NCBI GenBank assembly: GCA_965205865.1
Contig: CBDBHR010000023.1
Coordinates: forward strand, 32,001 to 96,000
Direction of reading: 5' to 3'
From: a bacterium
Lineage (GTDB): Bacteria > SAR324 > NAC60-12
Length of the DNA stretch: 64,000 nt
Under the pieces are notes generated by a model. The model was not told where the DNA came from. It worked only from the letters and a program-made list of their open reading frames with translations, and searched no databases. The translations under genes were made by a program, and so were the position numbers. This document shows positions 52,222 through 62,285 of this stretch, in pieces; position 1 is the stretch's first letter; each line of letters begins with the position of its first letter.

Positions 52222-54020
52222 CGGAGGGTCTCCACCATTTTGATCGGTATTTTGATCGGATGATCGAGCAGCAATTGCGCATATCCTTTTCCTTGCGCAT
52301 CATCCCGAAGACTAGCCACCCCTCCCCCTCCCAATACTTCGTGCAAAAGGAAATTGACGGCATGGGATCCGGGCAGCAGGTAGCGTTCCACGTTCCCTTG
52401 CAGAAAATGAGCAAAGCGCCCCGCTATAACCTTTTCTGTCAAGGAATCCCAAATATAGGGTAGATATTCCGGTAGACGGGCAATGATTCCTACATTAGCT
52501 TTGTTGCCTTTATCTCCGCTGCGTCCCCAGGCAAGCTCAACCAAAGGTACTTCCATCATTGCCGAATCGTTTCCAAAAACTACTGGTGGGACCGGACGTT
52601 GGATGGCCTGCTCATCAAAAATGGCACTTTGTTTGGGAATGAATGCGATCGATTCCCCCTCTAAATCGATTCGGATGGAGATCTCATTTTTTGGAATGAG
52701 GAATGAGAAAAGCCTGACCACCGGCGAGGGTTTTGGGCGACTTCCCGCAAATCCTGCGCCACCTGGTGGTGTGGCCAACCCCAAACCCGACGCTTCTTTC
52801 AATAGAATACGGATGCCTGTCTGATCCGCATGTTTGGCAGCCAGTTTAAGCACCACCTCGCGAGATCCTTCGATGCGTTTTGACGCCCCATATTGACTTT
52901 CCGCCCCCAGCACTTCGACGCTGGTTTCCGTGAAATCGGCTAAATTTGCGTCTCGTAACGCCTGCCGGGCTCTATTGAAGATGGCCCGGGCAAAGCCGAG
53001 AGCTTTTTTGTCGGCATCCATGCCATAAAATGTTCTGTAGTTCCCACCGCGAAACCCGTCGGAGTGGGTGGCAGATACTTTATAGGTATCAGTCGCCGGA
53101 TAGCCGCACGCACCAGCCACTGAAACTCGATCCGGCGCTTCTTGCCTGATTTCAACTTTTGAAAAATCACAGACCACATCCGGTACGATATAGGCTTGCG
53201 GGTCTCCAATCTCGTAAAGCATTTGCTCGGAAACCGTCCCCACATTGACAATTCCTCCCGTTCCTGCGGCCTTCGTCACCAGAAAACTGCCGTCAGAAGA
53301 AATTTCTGCAATGGGATATCCAATCTGGTCGATGCTATTCACCACCTCTTGCCAATCGGTGAAATTCCCCCCGCTGGCTTGTGGACCACATTCCAGGACA
53401 TGTCCGGCCAAGGTTCCGCTGGCGAGGCGATCCCACGCTTCCTCTGCCCAGCCAAATTCATGGATGCAGGCACCCAAGGTAACGGCACTGTCCACCGCGC
53501 GACCGGTGATCACGATATCCGAGCCCTCATCCAAAGCCAAGGCAATGGGAAACGCCCCGAGATAGGCGTTGACGCTCGCCAGCGTTGCGGATTCGGGGAA
53601 GTCCTCATCAGAATACATTTCCTTTACGCCCCGACGGGATAACGCGTCTCCCATCTCGATCAAATCGTCACCCAGGACGATTGCCACTTTCAAATCCAGT
53701 TTTTGATCGGCAATGAGTTTTCGCACGGCCTGGCCACATGCTCTTGGGTTCACGCCACCTGCATTAGTGATTATTTTTACTCCTTGACGAGCAATTCCTT
53801 TGAGATTGTCCTGCATGACAACCGTCACAAAGTCCCGGGCATAGCCGGCATTCGGGTCTTTCGCTAACGCCCGCGCCATGATCGACATCGAGATCTCGGC
53901 AAGATAATCGTATACGATATAGTCCAAACCTCCTGCAGTTAAGAATTGTGGAGTCGCCATGTTTGATTCTCCCCAATAGCCACAGGCTCCTCCGATACGA
54001 ATAATGTCTTTAGATGCCAT
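52218..54020 (-). CDS. atuA: Acyclic terpene utilization AtuA family protein
   Basis: GGACGYWGE, DYLAE, NAGGVNP, ECGPQASGGNF, RSGDKGN, DAQGK; ggagggg SD. Confidence 0.9.
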   Translation of the reverse strand: MASKDIIRIGGACGYWGESNMATPQFLTAGGLDYIVYDYLAEISMSIMARALAKDPNAGYARDFVTVVMQDNLKGIARQGVKIITNAGGVNPRACGQAVRKLIADQKLDLKVAIVLGDDLIEMGDALSRRGVKEMYSDEDFPESATLASVNAYLGAFPIALALDEGSDIVITGRAVDSAVTLGACIHEFGWAEEAWDRLASGTLAGHVLECGPQASGGNFTDWQEVVNSIDQIGYPIAEISSDGSFLVTKAAGTGGIVNVGTVSEQMLYEIGDPQAYIVPDVVCDFSKVEIRQEAPDRVSVAGACGYPATDTYKVSATHSDGFRGGNYRTFYGMDADKKALGFARAIFNRARQALRDANLADFTETSVEVLGAESQYGASKRIEGSREVVLKLAAKHADQTGIRILLKEASGLGLATPPGGAGFAGSRPKPSPVVRLFSFLIPKNEISIRIDLEGESIAFIPKQSAIFDEQAIQRPVPPVVFGNDSAMMEVPLVELAWGRSGDKGNKANVGIIARLPEYLPYIWDSLTEKVIAGRFAHFLQGNVERYLLPGSHAVNFLLHEVLGGGGVASLRDDAQGKGYAQLLLDHPIKIPIKMVETLR

Positions 54021-54449
54021 CGTCCCCTCCTTCTTGCTGTAATCGTTATCGATCTTTACATCACTCCATTCAATAAATTCCCGGCTTTTTTTTATCAGTA
54101 GCGCAGGCGTCTCGCCCACAAGAGAAGGCTGGAGACGGCCCCTCTGCCAAATTCTATGCCGGAGTACTCTTTGGAATGGCGCTTCAAACAATATGAAACT
54201 TTATAAAACACATTTCTTTAGACCGCGTCAAGTTCAAACTTTGAGAAGGAGTAGAATTTGAAGTTGGCGCAATACTTTGCAGTAAGGCTCGTGCCTTCAC
54301 TTTTGATACTTCTGAAAATGTGCTAGCTTTGATTTCAGAGGGAAATTTTAATGTGTTCTTGGCCTGAAGTTGCGGTGTATGGTTCCGCGTTCCGTAATTA
54401 TTCACTGATGTTACGTGCACGGATTTTGCAGTTATGCGTCTCATCGAGT

Positions 54450-54825
54450 TGTCATTCCTGGCGAAGACCAGGAATCCACAGGGCTGGCGATTCAGGTGAC
54501 TAAAACGTTTCATATAAATCTTTCCATTGAGGATTATTTTTCTCAATGAGTTCGATTTTCCAAGCTCGTTTCCATTTCTTGAGTTGTTTTTCTCTCCGGA
54601 GAGCAGCTGTCACCTCTGAAGCGGTCTCATAGTATACCAATTGATGTACTTGGTATTTACTGGTAAATCCTTCTATGAGATTTTTTTTATGTTCATAAAC
54701 TCTTTTAAGAAGATCATTTGTCACTCCAATATATAGAGTGCCATTTCTTTTACTTGCTAAGGTATAAACGTAGTAGGTTTTCATGATGGCGACTCCCGGA
54801 TTCCTGGTCTTCGCCAGGAATGACA
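54450..54825. mobile_element. Candidate REP-bounded GIY-YIG element
   Basis: Perfect 28-bp inverted pair tgtcattcctggcgaagaccaggaatcc (54450-54477) / ggattcctggtcttcgccaggaatgaca (54798-54825) tightly enclosing one gene. Confidence 0.7.
54500..54784 (-). CDS. Stand-alone GIY-YIG nuclease (UPF0213-like, 94 aa)
   Basis: YYVYTLAS..NGTLYIGVT.DL.KRVYEH, REKQLKKWKRAWK, NPQWKDL; gggag SD. Confidence 0.92.
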   Translation of the reverse strand: MKTYYVYTLASKRNGTLYIGVTNDLLKRVYEHKKNLIEGFTSKYQVHQLVYYETASEVTAALRREKQLKKWKRAWKIELIEKNNPQWKDLYETF

Positions 54826-54929
54826 CACTTGTGGGAAGCGTATTCATGGAAACCGCTGAATGCAAAAAATATACACGTAATATGACTTATTCAAAGAGAA
54901 GGCATAACTTTGGACGGTTGAGAGGGATT

Positions 54930-55832
54930 ATGAAACTGAAAAATCTATTTTTTTTACTGATTCTGACAAGCAGCGCCAGCTTACTATGGGGGACAGCACT
55001 TTACGCTGCCGAGCAGGAGGAAATTGAGCGTGGGGAGTATATTTTCAGAGCCACGGGAGGATGTGGTTGTCATACCGATTATGAGAATGACGGAGCGTTC
55101 CTGGCAGGAGGACGGGCGATCAAAACCCCTTTTGGAACCTTCTATGGAACTAACATCACGCCCGACCGGGAAACGGGAATCGGAGAGTGGAATGAAGAGG
55201 ATTTCATTCGGGCAATGACCCGGGGCACAGGTCCCGACGGCACTCACTATGCGCCTGTCTTCCCTTATACTTCTTTTACACGGATGACTCGAGAAGATCT
55301 ACTTTCCTTGAAAGCATATTTATCTGCCGTCCCTGCGATTCGCCAGGAAAACAAAACCCATGACTTGTTCATCCCTTTTGGGGAACGGCTGGGTTTTTTC
55401 TTGTGGAAAAAAATGTTTTTTCAAGAAAGCTCGTTCCAACCTCAAGCGGACAAATCCCCCCAATGGAATCGTGGAGCTTATTTGGCAGGTGTGTTGGCTC
55501 ATTGTGAAGAATGCCACACTCCCCGGAATATACAGGGTGTTTTGAAAAAAGATATGCGTTATGCAGGCTCGAGAGATGGGCCGGAAGGGGAACTCGCCCC
55601 CAATATCACGCCTGATGATGAGACTGGTATTGGCGAGTGGGTGGTAATCGATATCGTTGATTTTCTACAAAATGGGATCAAACCGGATGGCGATGACACG
55701 CAAGGCCTGATGAGTCAGGTGATCGAGCATGGCTACGCGTATATGACTACGGAAGATCTGCAAGCTCTGGCCGTCTATCTGAAAGCCCTTCCCCCTATTT
55801 ATAACCCTCTGGAGGAAGGGGACGAAGAATAG
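54930..55832 (+). CDS. Cytochrome c (gluconate/alcohol dehydrogenase cytochrome-subunit-like)
   Basis: Signal peptide; CGCH and CEECH; repeated NITPD..TGIGEW. Confidence 0.88.
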   Translation: MKLKNLFFLLILTSSASLLWGTALYAAEQEEIERGEYIFRATGGCGCHTDYENDGAFLAGGRAIKTPFGTFYGTNITPDRETGIGEWNEEDFIRAMTRGTGPDGTHYAPVFPYTSFTRMTREDLLSLKAYLSAVPAIRQENKTHDLFIPFGERLGFFLWKKMFFQESSFQPQADKSPQWNRGAYLAGVLAHCEECHTPRNIQGVLKKDMRYAGSRDGPEGELAPNITPDDETGIGEWVVIDIVDFLQNGIKPDGDDTQGLMSQVIEHGYAYMTTEDLQALAVYLKALPPIYNPLEEGDEE

Positions 55833-55833
55833 T

Positions 55834-57078
55834 ATGAATTCTCCAATCCCTGATGAAATCCCGAAGTACGCGTTCATTGAAGATTTTGATCTCTATGGCA
55901 AAAGAGTTCTCATTCGTGCTGATTTCAATGTGCCTTTGGACGAGGATTTGAATATCCGAGATGCAAGCCGAATCAAAAGCAGCCTGAAAACAATCCGATA
56001 CGCCTTGGAACATGGGGCGAAAGTCATTCTCATGTCGCACTTGGGACGTCCAAAAGGCAAGCGGGTCAAAAAGCTCAGTTTGAATCCGGTAGCAATTGCG
56101 TTGACCCAAATGCTCAAACAGCCGGTCCAATTGATGTCGGACTGTGTGGGCCCTGTTGTCGAAATGAGGATTGATCGCATGCAAATCAGAGAAGTTGTGC
56201 TGCTGGATAATCTGCGTTTTCACAGGGAGGAAACAGACAACACGATATGCTTCGCCCACTCGTTGGCCCGATTGTGTGACATCTATATCAACGATGCCTT
56301 TGGCACTGCTCACCGTGCCCACGCTTCCACTGCAGGGATTACCCGTTTCGCTGACGAATCGGCCATGGGTTATCTTTTACAACAAGAAATCCAGTATCTG
56401 GGCAACATCCTTCACAACCCTTCACAACCCTTTGTTGTCATTCTGGGGGGTGCCAAAGTATCGGATAAAGTGAAAGTTATTAAAAACTTGATGCGTTCCG
56501 TCCGGATTCTGATCATCGGAGGAGGGATGGCCTGTACTTTCTACAAAGCCTTGGGTTACGAAATTGGCGACTCCCTGCTGGAAGAAAAAGCACTGCCGAT
56601 TGCTCATGACATCCTGGAACAGGCAGAGAAGCAAAAGGTACCATTGCTCTTCGCAGAAGATTGCGTGATTGCTGAAAACCTGGAAGAAAACGCAACGACT
56701 GAAATTATCCAGGCATCACAGGGAGTTCCTGCCGGATGGAAAATTCTGGACATTGGTCCCCAGGCAACCCAAACTTTCAGCCAAACCCTGCAACGCGCCA
56801 AAACCATTTTTTGGAACGGACCCATGGGAGTCTTTGAATCAGCGCCCTTCGCCCATGGGACTTTAGGCATTGCCAAAGCCATGGCCGAGGTGACAAAAAA
56901 TGACGCAGTGACCGTCGTTGGAGGCGGCGATTCGGTTGCTGCCATCAAAGAGATGGGATTGGCAGACCAAGTTTCTCATATCTCTACGGGGGGAGGGGCT
57001 TCCTTGGAATTTTTAGAAGGACTACTCTTACCAGGAATTGAAGCCATCCCCAAACGCACCCATAATAAGCTAATTTAA
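55834..57078 (+). CDS. pgk: Phosphoglycerate kinase
   Basis: RADFNVP, SHLGRP, DAFGTAHRAHAS, WNGPMGVFE, STGGGASLE. Confidence 0.98.
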   Translation: MNSPIPDEIPKYAFIEDFDLYGKRVLIRADFNVPLDEDLNIRDASRIKSSLKTIRYALEHGAKVILMSHLGRPKGKRVKKLSLNPVAIALTQMLKQPVQLMSDCVGPVVEMRIDRMQIREVVLLDNLRFHREETDNTICFAHSLARLCDIYINDAFGTAHRAHASTAGITRFADESAMGYLLQQEIQYLGNILHNPSQPFVVILGGAKVSDKVKVIKNLMRSVRILIIGGGMACTFYKALGYEIGDSLLEEKALPIAHDILEQAEKQKVPLLFAEDCVIAENLEENATTEIIQASQGVPAGWKILDIGPQATQTFSQTLQRAKTIFWNGPMGVFESAPFAHGTLGIAKAMAEVTKNDAVTVVGGGDSVAAIKEMGLADQVSHISTGGGASLEFLEGLLLPGIEAIPKRTHNKLI

Positions 57079-57130
57079 CCTGAGTTCGACAACATATTGA
57101 ATTTATTAAATTCTTATCTCGAACTCAGGT
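57078..57130. mobile_element. Minimal 53-bp ACCTGAG-type MITE without REP
   Basis: acctgagttcga / tcgaactcaggt IRs; interior matches the right end of 34460-34675. Confidence 0.8.
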
Positions 57131-57167
57131 TGATTTGAGGAGTTGTGAGGCAATCCCCATTCGGGAC

Positions 57168-58742
57168 TCAACCAGAAGCGACTTGCAGATTTTTCGAGGA
57201 TGATTCGGAAGGTGAGACTTCCACAATTTGGAGATTGATCATTTTTATGGTAGCCCGCACTGCTGCCACGACTTGATCGGTATCCACCCCAATTGTTTTG
57301 ATGCGCTTGCCTTTGTTTTCCCAGGTGATGGTCGCCTCTGTCAAGGCGTCGGTTTGGCCACCTTTGGGAATGCGGATTTCATAATCCAGTAGTTTGGGAC
57401 ATTCGATCTCTTTTTTATCCAGAATTTTACCCATTGCCGTCATAAATGCGTCATACCCTCCATCGCCCTCTCCTGTCGCTAAAAATTCTAGGCCATCAAT
57501 TTCCACACAAATGGACGCTGTTGCCCGTAAAGGCCATCCGCTACTCATGGTACAACTCACCAGACGTATGCGGGTATAGGTGTCGCTTTCCAACACTTCG
57601 GTGATGATGAAGGGCAAATCGGTCATGTTGATGTTTGCTTTGCGGTCGCCCAACTCGACGATACGATCCAGAACTTTTTGATAGTGCTCTTCCGAAAGGT
57701 TGAGTCCCAACTGCTCCAGGTTTTTGGCCAACGAGGCTTTCCCACTCATTTTACCGAGGGCATAGGAACGAATCCGTCCAAAACGTTCTGGAAATAAGGG
57801 ATTGTGATACAGTCCTCCTTTTTTGTCCCCGTCGGCATGAATCCCGCTGGTTTGGGTAAAGACATCTTCCCCGATAATGGGAGCATTGCTGGCAATGCGT
57901 TTTCCGGAAAAAATCTCGACGAGTTCACTGATTGGTCCCAGATGGGATTCATCCACCGAAAGTTTCATGCCCAATTTGTCTCGCAATACCACCGTGATTT
58001 CGGCCAGAGACGCATTGCCCGCCCGCTCTCCCAAACAATTCACGGTGCAGTGGATACTGCGCACTCCAGCTTTGACGGCAGCCATGGCATTGGCGGTTCC
58101 CAAGCCATAATCGTTGTGGGGATGGAAATCGAAATGAGCCCAGGGGAAGCGTTGGATCATATCGGAGAGACTCTCATACACTTCGTCAGGTCCCATCACT
58201 CCCAAGGTATCCGGTAGCATGAAATGCCGGATGCCATTGTCTCGCAACAATGCCATCATTTCGTAAACATACCCGGGATTGTCTTGGTAACCATTGGACC
58301 AGTCTTCCAGGTAAATGTTGATCTTGCATCCCTGTTCGTGAGCATATCGAATTGTCTTTCGGATGTCGGAAACATGTTCATGCAAGGTTTTCCTCAATTG
58401 CCGTCGACAATGATTTTCACTGCCTTTGGTGAGAAGATTCAAAACCCGACCTCCTGCAGAGACAATCCAGTCCACACTTCTTCGATGATCCACAAAGCCC
58501 AGCACTTCGACATGGTCCAGAAAGTTTTGACCCCCAGCCCATTCCGTTATACTGCGCACCGCGTCCCGTTCTCCGTCCGAAATTCGGGCAGAGGCGATTT
58601 CAATGCGGTCAACGTTCACTTGCTCCAGCAGAGATTTTGCCAGATGGAGTTTTTCACGAGAATTGAATGCAATCCCTTGTGTCTGTTCTCCATCGCGGAG
58701 GGTGACGTCCATGATTTCGATAGCTTGTCCGGACAATTGCAT
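57168..58742 (-). CDS. cimA: Citramalate synthase / 2-isopropylmalate synthase family
   Basis: DVTLRDGEQ, YLEDWSNG, HPHNDYG, GERAGN, C-terminal regulatory domain. Confidence 0.8.
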   Translation of the reverse strand: MQLSGQAIEIMDVTLRDGEQTQGIAFNSREKLHLAKSLLEQVNVDRIEIASARISDGERDAVRSITEWAGGQNFLDHVEVLGFVDHRRSVDWIVSAGGRVLNLLTKGSENHCRRQLRKTLHEHVSDIRKTIRYAHEQGCKINIYLEDWSNGYQDNPGYVYEMMALLRDNGIRHFMLPDTLGVMGPDEVYESLSDMIQRFPWAHFDFHPHNDYGLGTANAMAAVKAGVRSIHCTVNCLGERAGNASLAEITVVLRDKLGMKLSVDESHLGPISELVEIFSGKRIASNAPIIGEDVFTQTSGIHADGDKKGGLYHNPLFPERFGRIRSYALGKMSGKASLAKNLEQLGLNLSEEHYQKVLDRIVELGDRKANINMTDLPFIITEVLESDTYTRIRLVSCTMSSGWPLRATASICVEIDGLEFLATGEGDGGYDAFMTAMGKILDKKEIECPKLLDYEIRIPKGGQTDALTEATITWENKGKRIKTIGVDTDQVVAAVRATIKMINLQIVEVSPSESSSKNLQVASG

Positions 58743-58939
58743 AGTGACCCTTCTTGGAACTGAAACAGATTGATTTTAATAGCGAATTCCCGGAAAAAGA
58801 GGCTATACTCGCATATTATCCTGGAAAGTCAACAACTAATAGCAAATTCCAGGCAAAATAGAGGGATAAGGATTCCGTCCATTTTCCTCCATTTTGCTAT
58901 TGGGGCGCCTTGATGAATTGCTCTATTACAATAGCCAGC

Positions 58940-59317
58940 TTATTTTTTTACGAGGAAATGCAAAAGCACACTGCCTGTCAGTACAAAAGTGAGGAAAAAA
59001 TGAATTTCGGTGGAAAAGGCCAGAGGTTGGCTGCCGTAGAGCAATAAAAGGATTCCTGAGAAGATCAACCCGACCCCCGCAATCAGTTGTACAACTCCGG
59101 AAATCGAAACCCCGGACACTGTTTTCAATCGCTGGCGGTTCGTGCGAATATGATCCCATGCGTACATGGGAAAAATCACAATGAAAAATACTCCAGCCCA
59201 GATGTGCAAGGTTGAAATGACTGAAAATCCCGTGAAGACTTCCCATTCCGCTCCAAAACTCAGAATCAACCCGGATATCACTAAAAAAATGCCACTGCCC
59301 ACCACTAGTTTACGCAT
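58940..59317 (-). CDS. Small membrane protein with helical His residues (DUF4405/cytochrome b-like)
   Basis: Four hydrophobic segments with spaced His. Confidence 0.6.
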   Translation of the reverse strand: MRKLVVGSGIFLVISGLILSFGAEWEVFTGFSVISTLHIWAGVFFIVIFPMYAWDHIRTNRQRLKTVSGVSISGVVQLIAGVGLIFSGILLLLYGSQPLAFSTEIHFFLTFVLTGSVLLHFLVKK

Positions 59318-59700
59318 AAAATCGCTCTATGTATTCGGTTGCACTCCCCAAGCAGAATGCATGCTTTTTAAATTTCGCTCGTTTTTACCTGAATTGAGCG
59401 ATTTTGGAAAAGTTTAAATGAATCGCTCAACTCCTGGTCGAGGATTTCGGGAGCAGAGTCCTGCTCAAAAGTATTTTTTTTCGCTGCCACAGGAGGCAGC
59501 GCTACCATTAAAACTGCCATGCCAATGTTTTTTAAGGGTAGCCTCGGCTCCCATCATGGGGATATTCGATTTTGAATTTTGAGAGAAAAGAATAAGGATG
59601 GAAAATTAGGGAAGAAGGAGTGTAATGGCCAAAGACCATTGTGGTTAAACAATGAGGAGTTAAGGGACCCACTGTCGCTATTCGGATCGGGAATGGGATC

Positions 59701-60264
59701 ATGAAAAAATGTCGGATCTTGCTCTTCGCAGCAAGGATCATTGGGCTGCAGACTCTGCAGGTTTATGGACAACCTACCATTGGATTTACCCAGGAAGATC
59801 GAGAGCGCATCATTCGGTTGGAAACCACCTTGACTCTCTTTAGGGAAGCCAACGATCAGCGTTTTATCGAATTACGGGAAGATATGAACAAACGCTTTGA
59901 ACAGATCGATAAACGCTTTGAACAGATCGATAAACGCTTTGAACAGATCGATAAACGCTTTGAACAGATGATGGATACGTTGCAAATGATTGCCGGTATT
60001 TTTACGGTCCTGACCCTGGGAGTGATCGGATTTGCTTATTGGGATCGACGCAGCATTATTCGTAAAGCAAAAGAAGAGACCCTGGCAACGATTGAACAGG
60101 ATGCCTCCACTAACGACCAAGCGATGATCGATCGGGCGGTTGCTCAGGCTGTCCAAGAAATCAAAAAAGACAATCGTCTGCAAGACTTGATGGCTGCTTT
60201 ACGCAAACTGGCCGCCACCGACCTGCCTCTGGCAAACGTGCTCAAAGAATTTCATTTATTGTAG
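59701..60264 (+). CDS. Coiled-coil membrane-anchored hypothetical protein
   Basis: Signal-like N-terminus, KRFEQID heptads, TM segment, WDRR. Confidence 0.8.
   Translation: MKKCRILLFAARIIGLQTLQVYGQPTIGFTQEDRERIIRLETTLTLFREANDQRFIELREDMNKRFEQIDKRFEQIDKRFEQIDKRFEQMMDTLQMIAGIFTVLTLGVIGFAYWDRRSIIRKAKEETLATIEQDASTNDQAMIDRAVAQAVQEIKKDNRLQDLMAALRKLAATDLPLANVLKEFHLL
59890..59969 (+). repeat. 21-bp tandem repeat (about 3.8 copies)
   Basis: aaacgctttgaacagatcgat units. Confidence 0.95.
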
Positions 60265-60290
60265 TTTCTAAAGGAAAATAGGGTCAGACT

Positions 60291-61175
60291 GTGCGCCGGG
60301 AAAGCTGGCAAGAAATAGAGAGTGAAAGTCTCTTACTCGGTAAGGCAGTAACGACCCGCCGAGTCCCCGAGTCATGAGTGGCTGTTCGCAAGGATAGGCG
60401 CTAAGCGTTGACAGGGGAGAACATAGGCTCGGTTTAGATCTATGGGTCCATCAATGGAGAAGGCGAGAAGCTCGCGGGGAAGTTTACATCATTCGCTATG
60501 CGGATGATCTCGTTGTGGGTTTTCAATACTGCGAAGATGGCGAAAAGTTTAATCGCCAACTAAGACAACGCCTTTTAAATTCGGATTAACTTTACATGAA
60601 TGGAAAACACGCCTCATCGAGTTCGGACTATTCGCCGCGATTAACCGGAGGAAGCAAGGTTTGGGAAAACCGGAAAATTTTGACTTTCTAGGATTTACCC
60701 ACGTCTGCGACACTCGGGTAAAGGACGGAAAATTCAAGCTCACCCGTCTCACCATTTCCAAAAGGCTGCGAAAGAAACTGAAAGAAATATATTTTCAGGT
60801 AAAACGCAAACGTCATGAAAATGCGCATGAACAAGGAAAATGGCTTAGTTCTGTTTTAAACGGTCTGTACAATTACTACGGAGTTCCCGGCAACAGGGGG
60901 GCCTTGAATGCTTTTCGTACCGAAATCCATCGGATGTGGTTCAAATCACTAAGACGGAGGAGCCATAAAGCAAAGAGAATGAACTGGAACCACTTCAAAT
61001 TGCTGGTCAAACTACACATTCCTTCTGTCAGGATAACCCACCCGTATCCGAATCAACGTTTGACCGTCTGACTCGGGGCAGGAGCCGGATGCGTTAGTAG
61101 CGCACGTCCGGATCTGTGCCGGAGGAAGGACGAAAGGTGGCTGGAAACCACTATAAGTCAGTTCTTTACGGTGAC
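60291..61175 (+). mobile_element. Group II intron remnant, internally deleted
   Basis: 5' GTGCG at 60291; domain V gagccggatgcg..cgcacgtccggatc at about 61082; domain VI ending ..gtgac. Confidence 0.85.
60434..61071 (+). pseudogene. Group II intron reverse transcriptase/maturase, 3' fragment with frameshift
   Basis: LDLWVHQW..RYADD (60497-60508), frameshift near 60575, FDFLGFTH, domain X ending HPYPNQR. Confidence 0.88.
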
Positions 61176-61324
61176 CTTTTGTGCGTTTACCATTTGAACG
61201 TTTTTAATGAGCAGTTCTGCAAGCCAATTGATAAATGTTGGAAAGGCAAAATGTACGCATAAGACTAATCTTTATCAAAAGCATGCCATTAGCCGATCTG
61301 CTCTATCTTATTTTTCGATGATAA

Positions 61325-61475
61325 TCATGCACTTTTAACTTCAGGAAGAGTATCGATCTTTTCCAATTCTTTTCCAAGTTTACGTTTTGCAATTCTAACG
61401 TCATAATCTGCTTGCAAATTAATCCAAAATCGTTCCGATAGACCAAAAATTTTGGATAATTTGAGAGCTGTTGTC
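61325..61475 (-). pseudogene. higA: HigA-type antitoxin 3' fragment cut by IS256
   Basis: TALKLSKIFGLSERFWINLQADYD motif. Confidence 0.8.
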
Positions 61476-62285
61476 GAGCTATAATCGAATCTAGTGTTTG
61501 AGGAATTGAACAAAGGCGGCATATCTGGTTGACTAGAATTTTCGAATATCAATCAACCAAATAAAAAGGATATGCCACTATGGGAAAGAACAGCATTTTA
61601 GAGTTCGATAATAAAGAGAGTGTTTCAGATGTTCTGAACGAGTTGTTACGAGACGGGGCACAGCAATTAATACGTCAGGCAGTAGAAACAGAATTGAGCG
61701 AGTATTTGTCTCAGCATCAACGCATAGCCGATGATGGAAGGCTTGCGTTGGTACGCAACGGCTACCTGCCAAAACGAGAAATCCTGACAGGTATAGGCCC
61801 AGTCAGTGTCCGCATCCCCAAGGTACGTTCAAAAGATGGGAAGGCACTGACTTTCCGTTCTGCCTTGGTTCCGCCCTATGTCAGAAAAACCAGATCCCTG
61901 GAAGCAGCATTACCATGGCTGTACCTGAAAGGTGTTTCTACCGGAGAGATGGAGGAAGCATTAAAAGTCCTGGTCGGTCATGATGCACTGGGCCTCTCAG
62001 CCAGCACTGTCTCACGCCTCAAGAGTGAATGGGCAAATGAATATCATCATTGGCGGGAGGCACCACTGGATGAAGACCGCTGGGCCTATGTCTGGGTAGA
62101 TGGCATCTATTCAGGTCTTCGATCCGAGAAAGATAAACTTTGCGCATTGGTTATCATTGGAGTCAACGAAAGAGGTCAGAAACGTTTTTTAGCCATCGAA
62201 GATGGTGTACGAGAGTCCACTCAGAGTTGGAGAGAAGTTCTGCTGAAACTCAAAAGCCGTGGCATGAATGTTCCTCAGTTAGCTA
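61476..62285 (+). mobile_element. IS256 copy 2, truncated by another IS
   Basis: Essentially identical to 31620-32429; identity stops at 62285. Confidence 0.92.

Noticed and set aside
54098-54148. GTAG-tagged REP-like sequence
   Set aside because: Too degenerate, single copy in the window, and no RAYT gene present.
54184-54546. 120-aa ORF downstream of the GIY-YIG gene
   Set aside because: Runs through the REP hairpin, low complexity, no recognisable domain.
59890-59969. Possible CRISPR array
   Set aside because: Contiguous coding repeats with no spacers; no cas genes or repeat-spacer array seen anywhere in the window.
60434-61071. Retron or diversity-generating retroelement RT
   Set aside because: Domain X and intron domains V/VI identify it as a group II intron; no template/variable repeat pair was seen.
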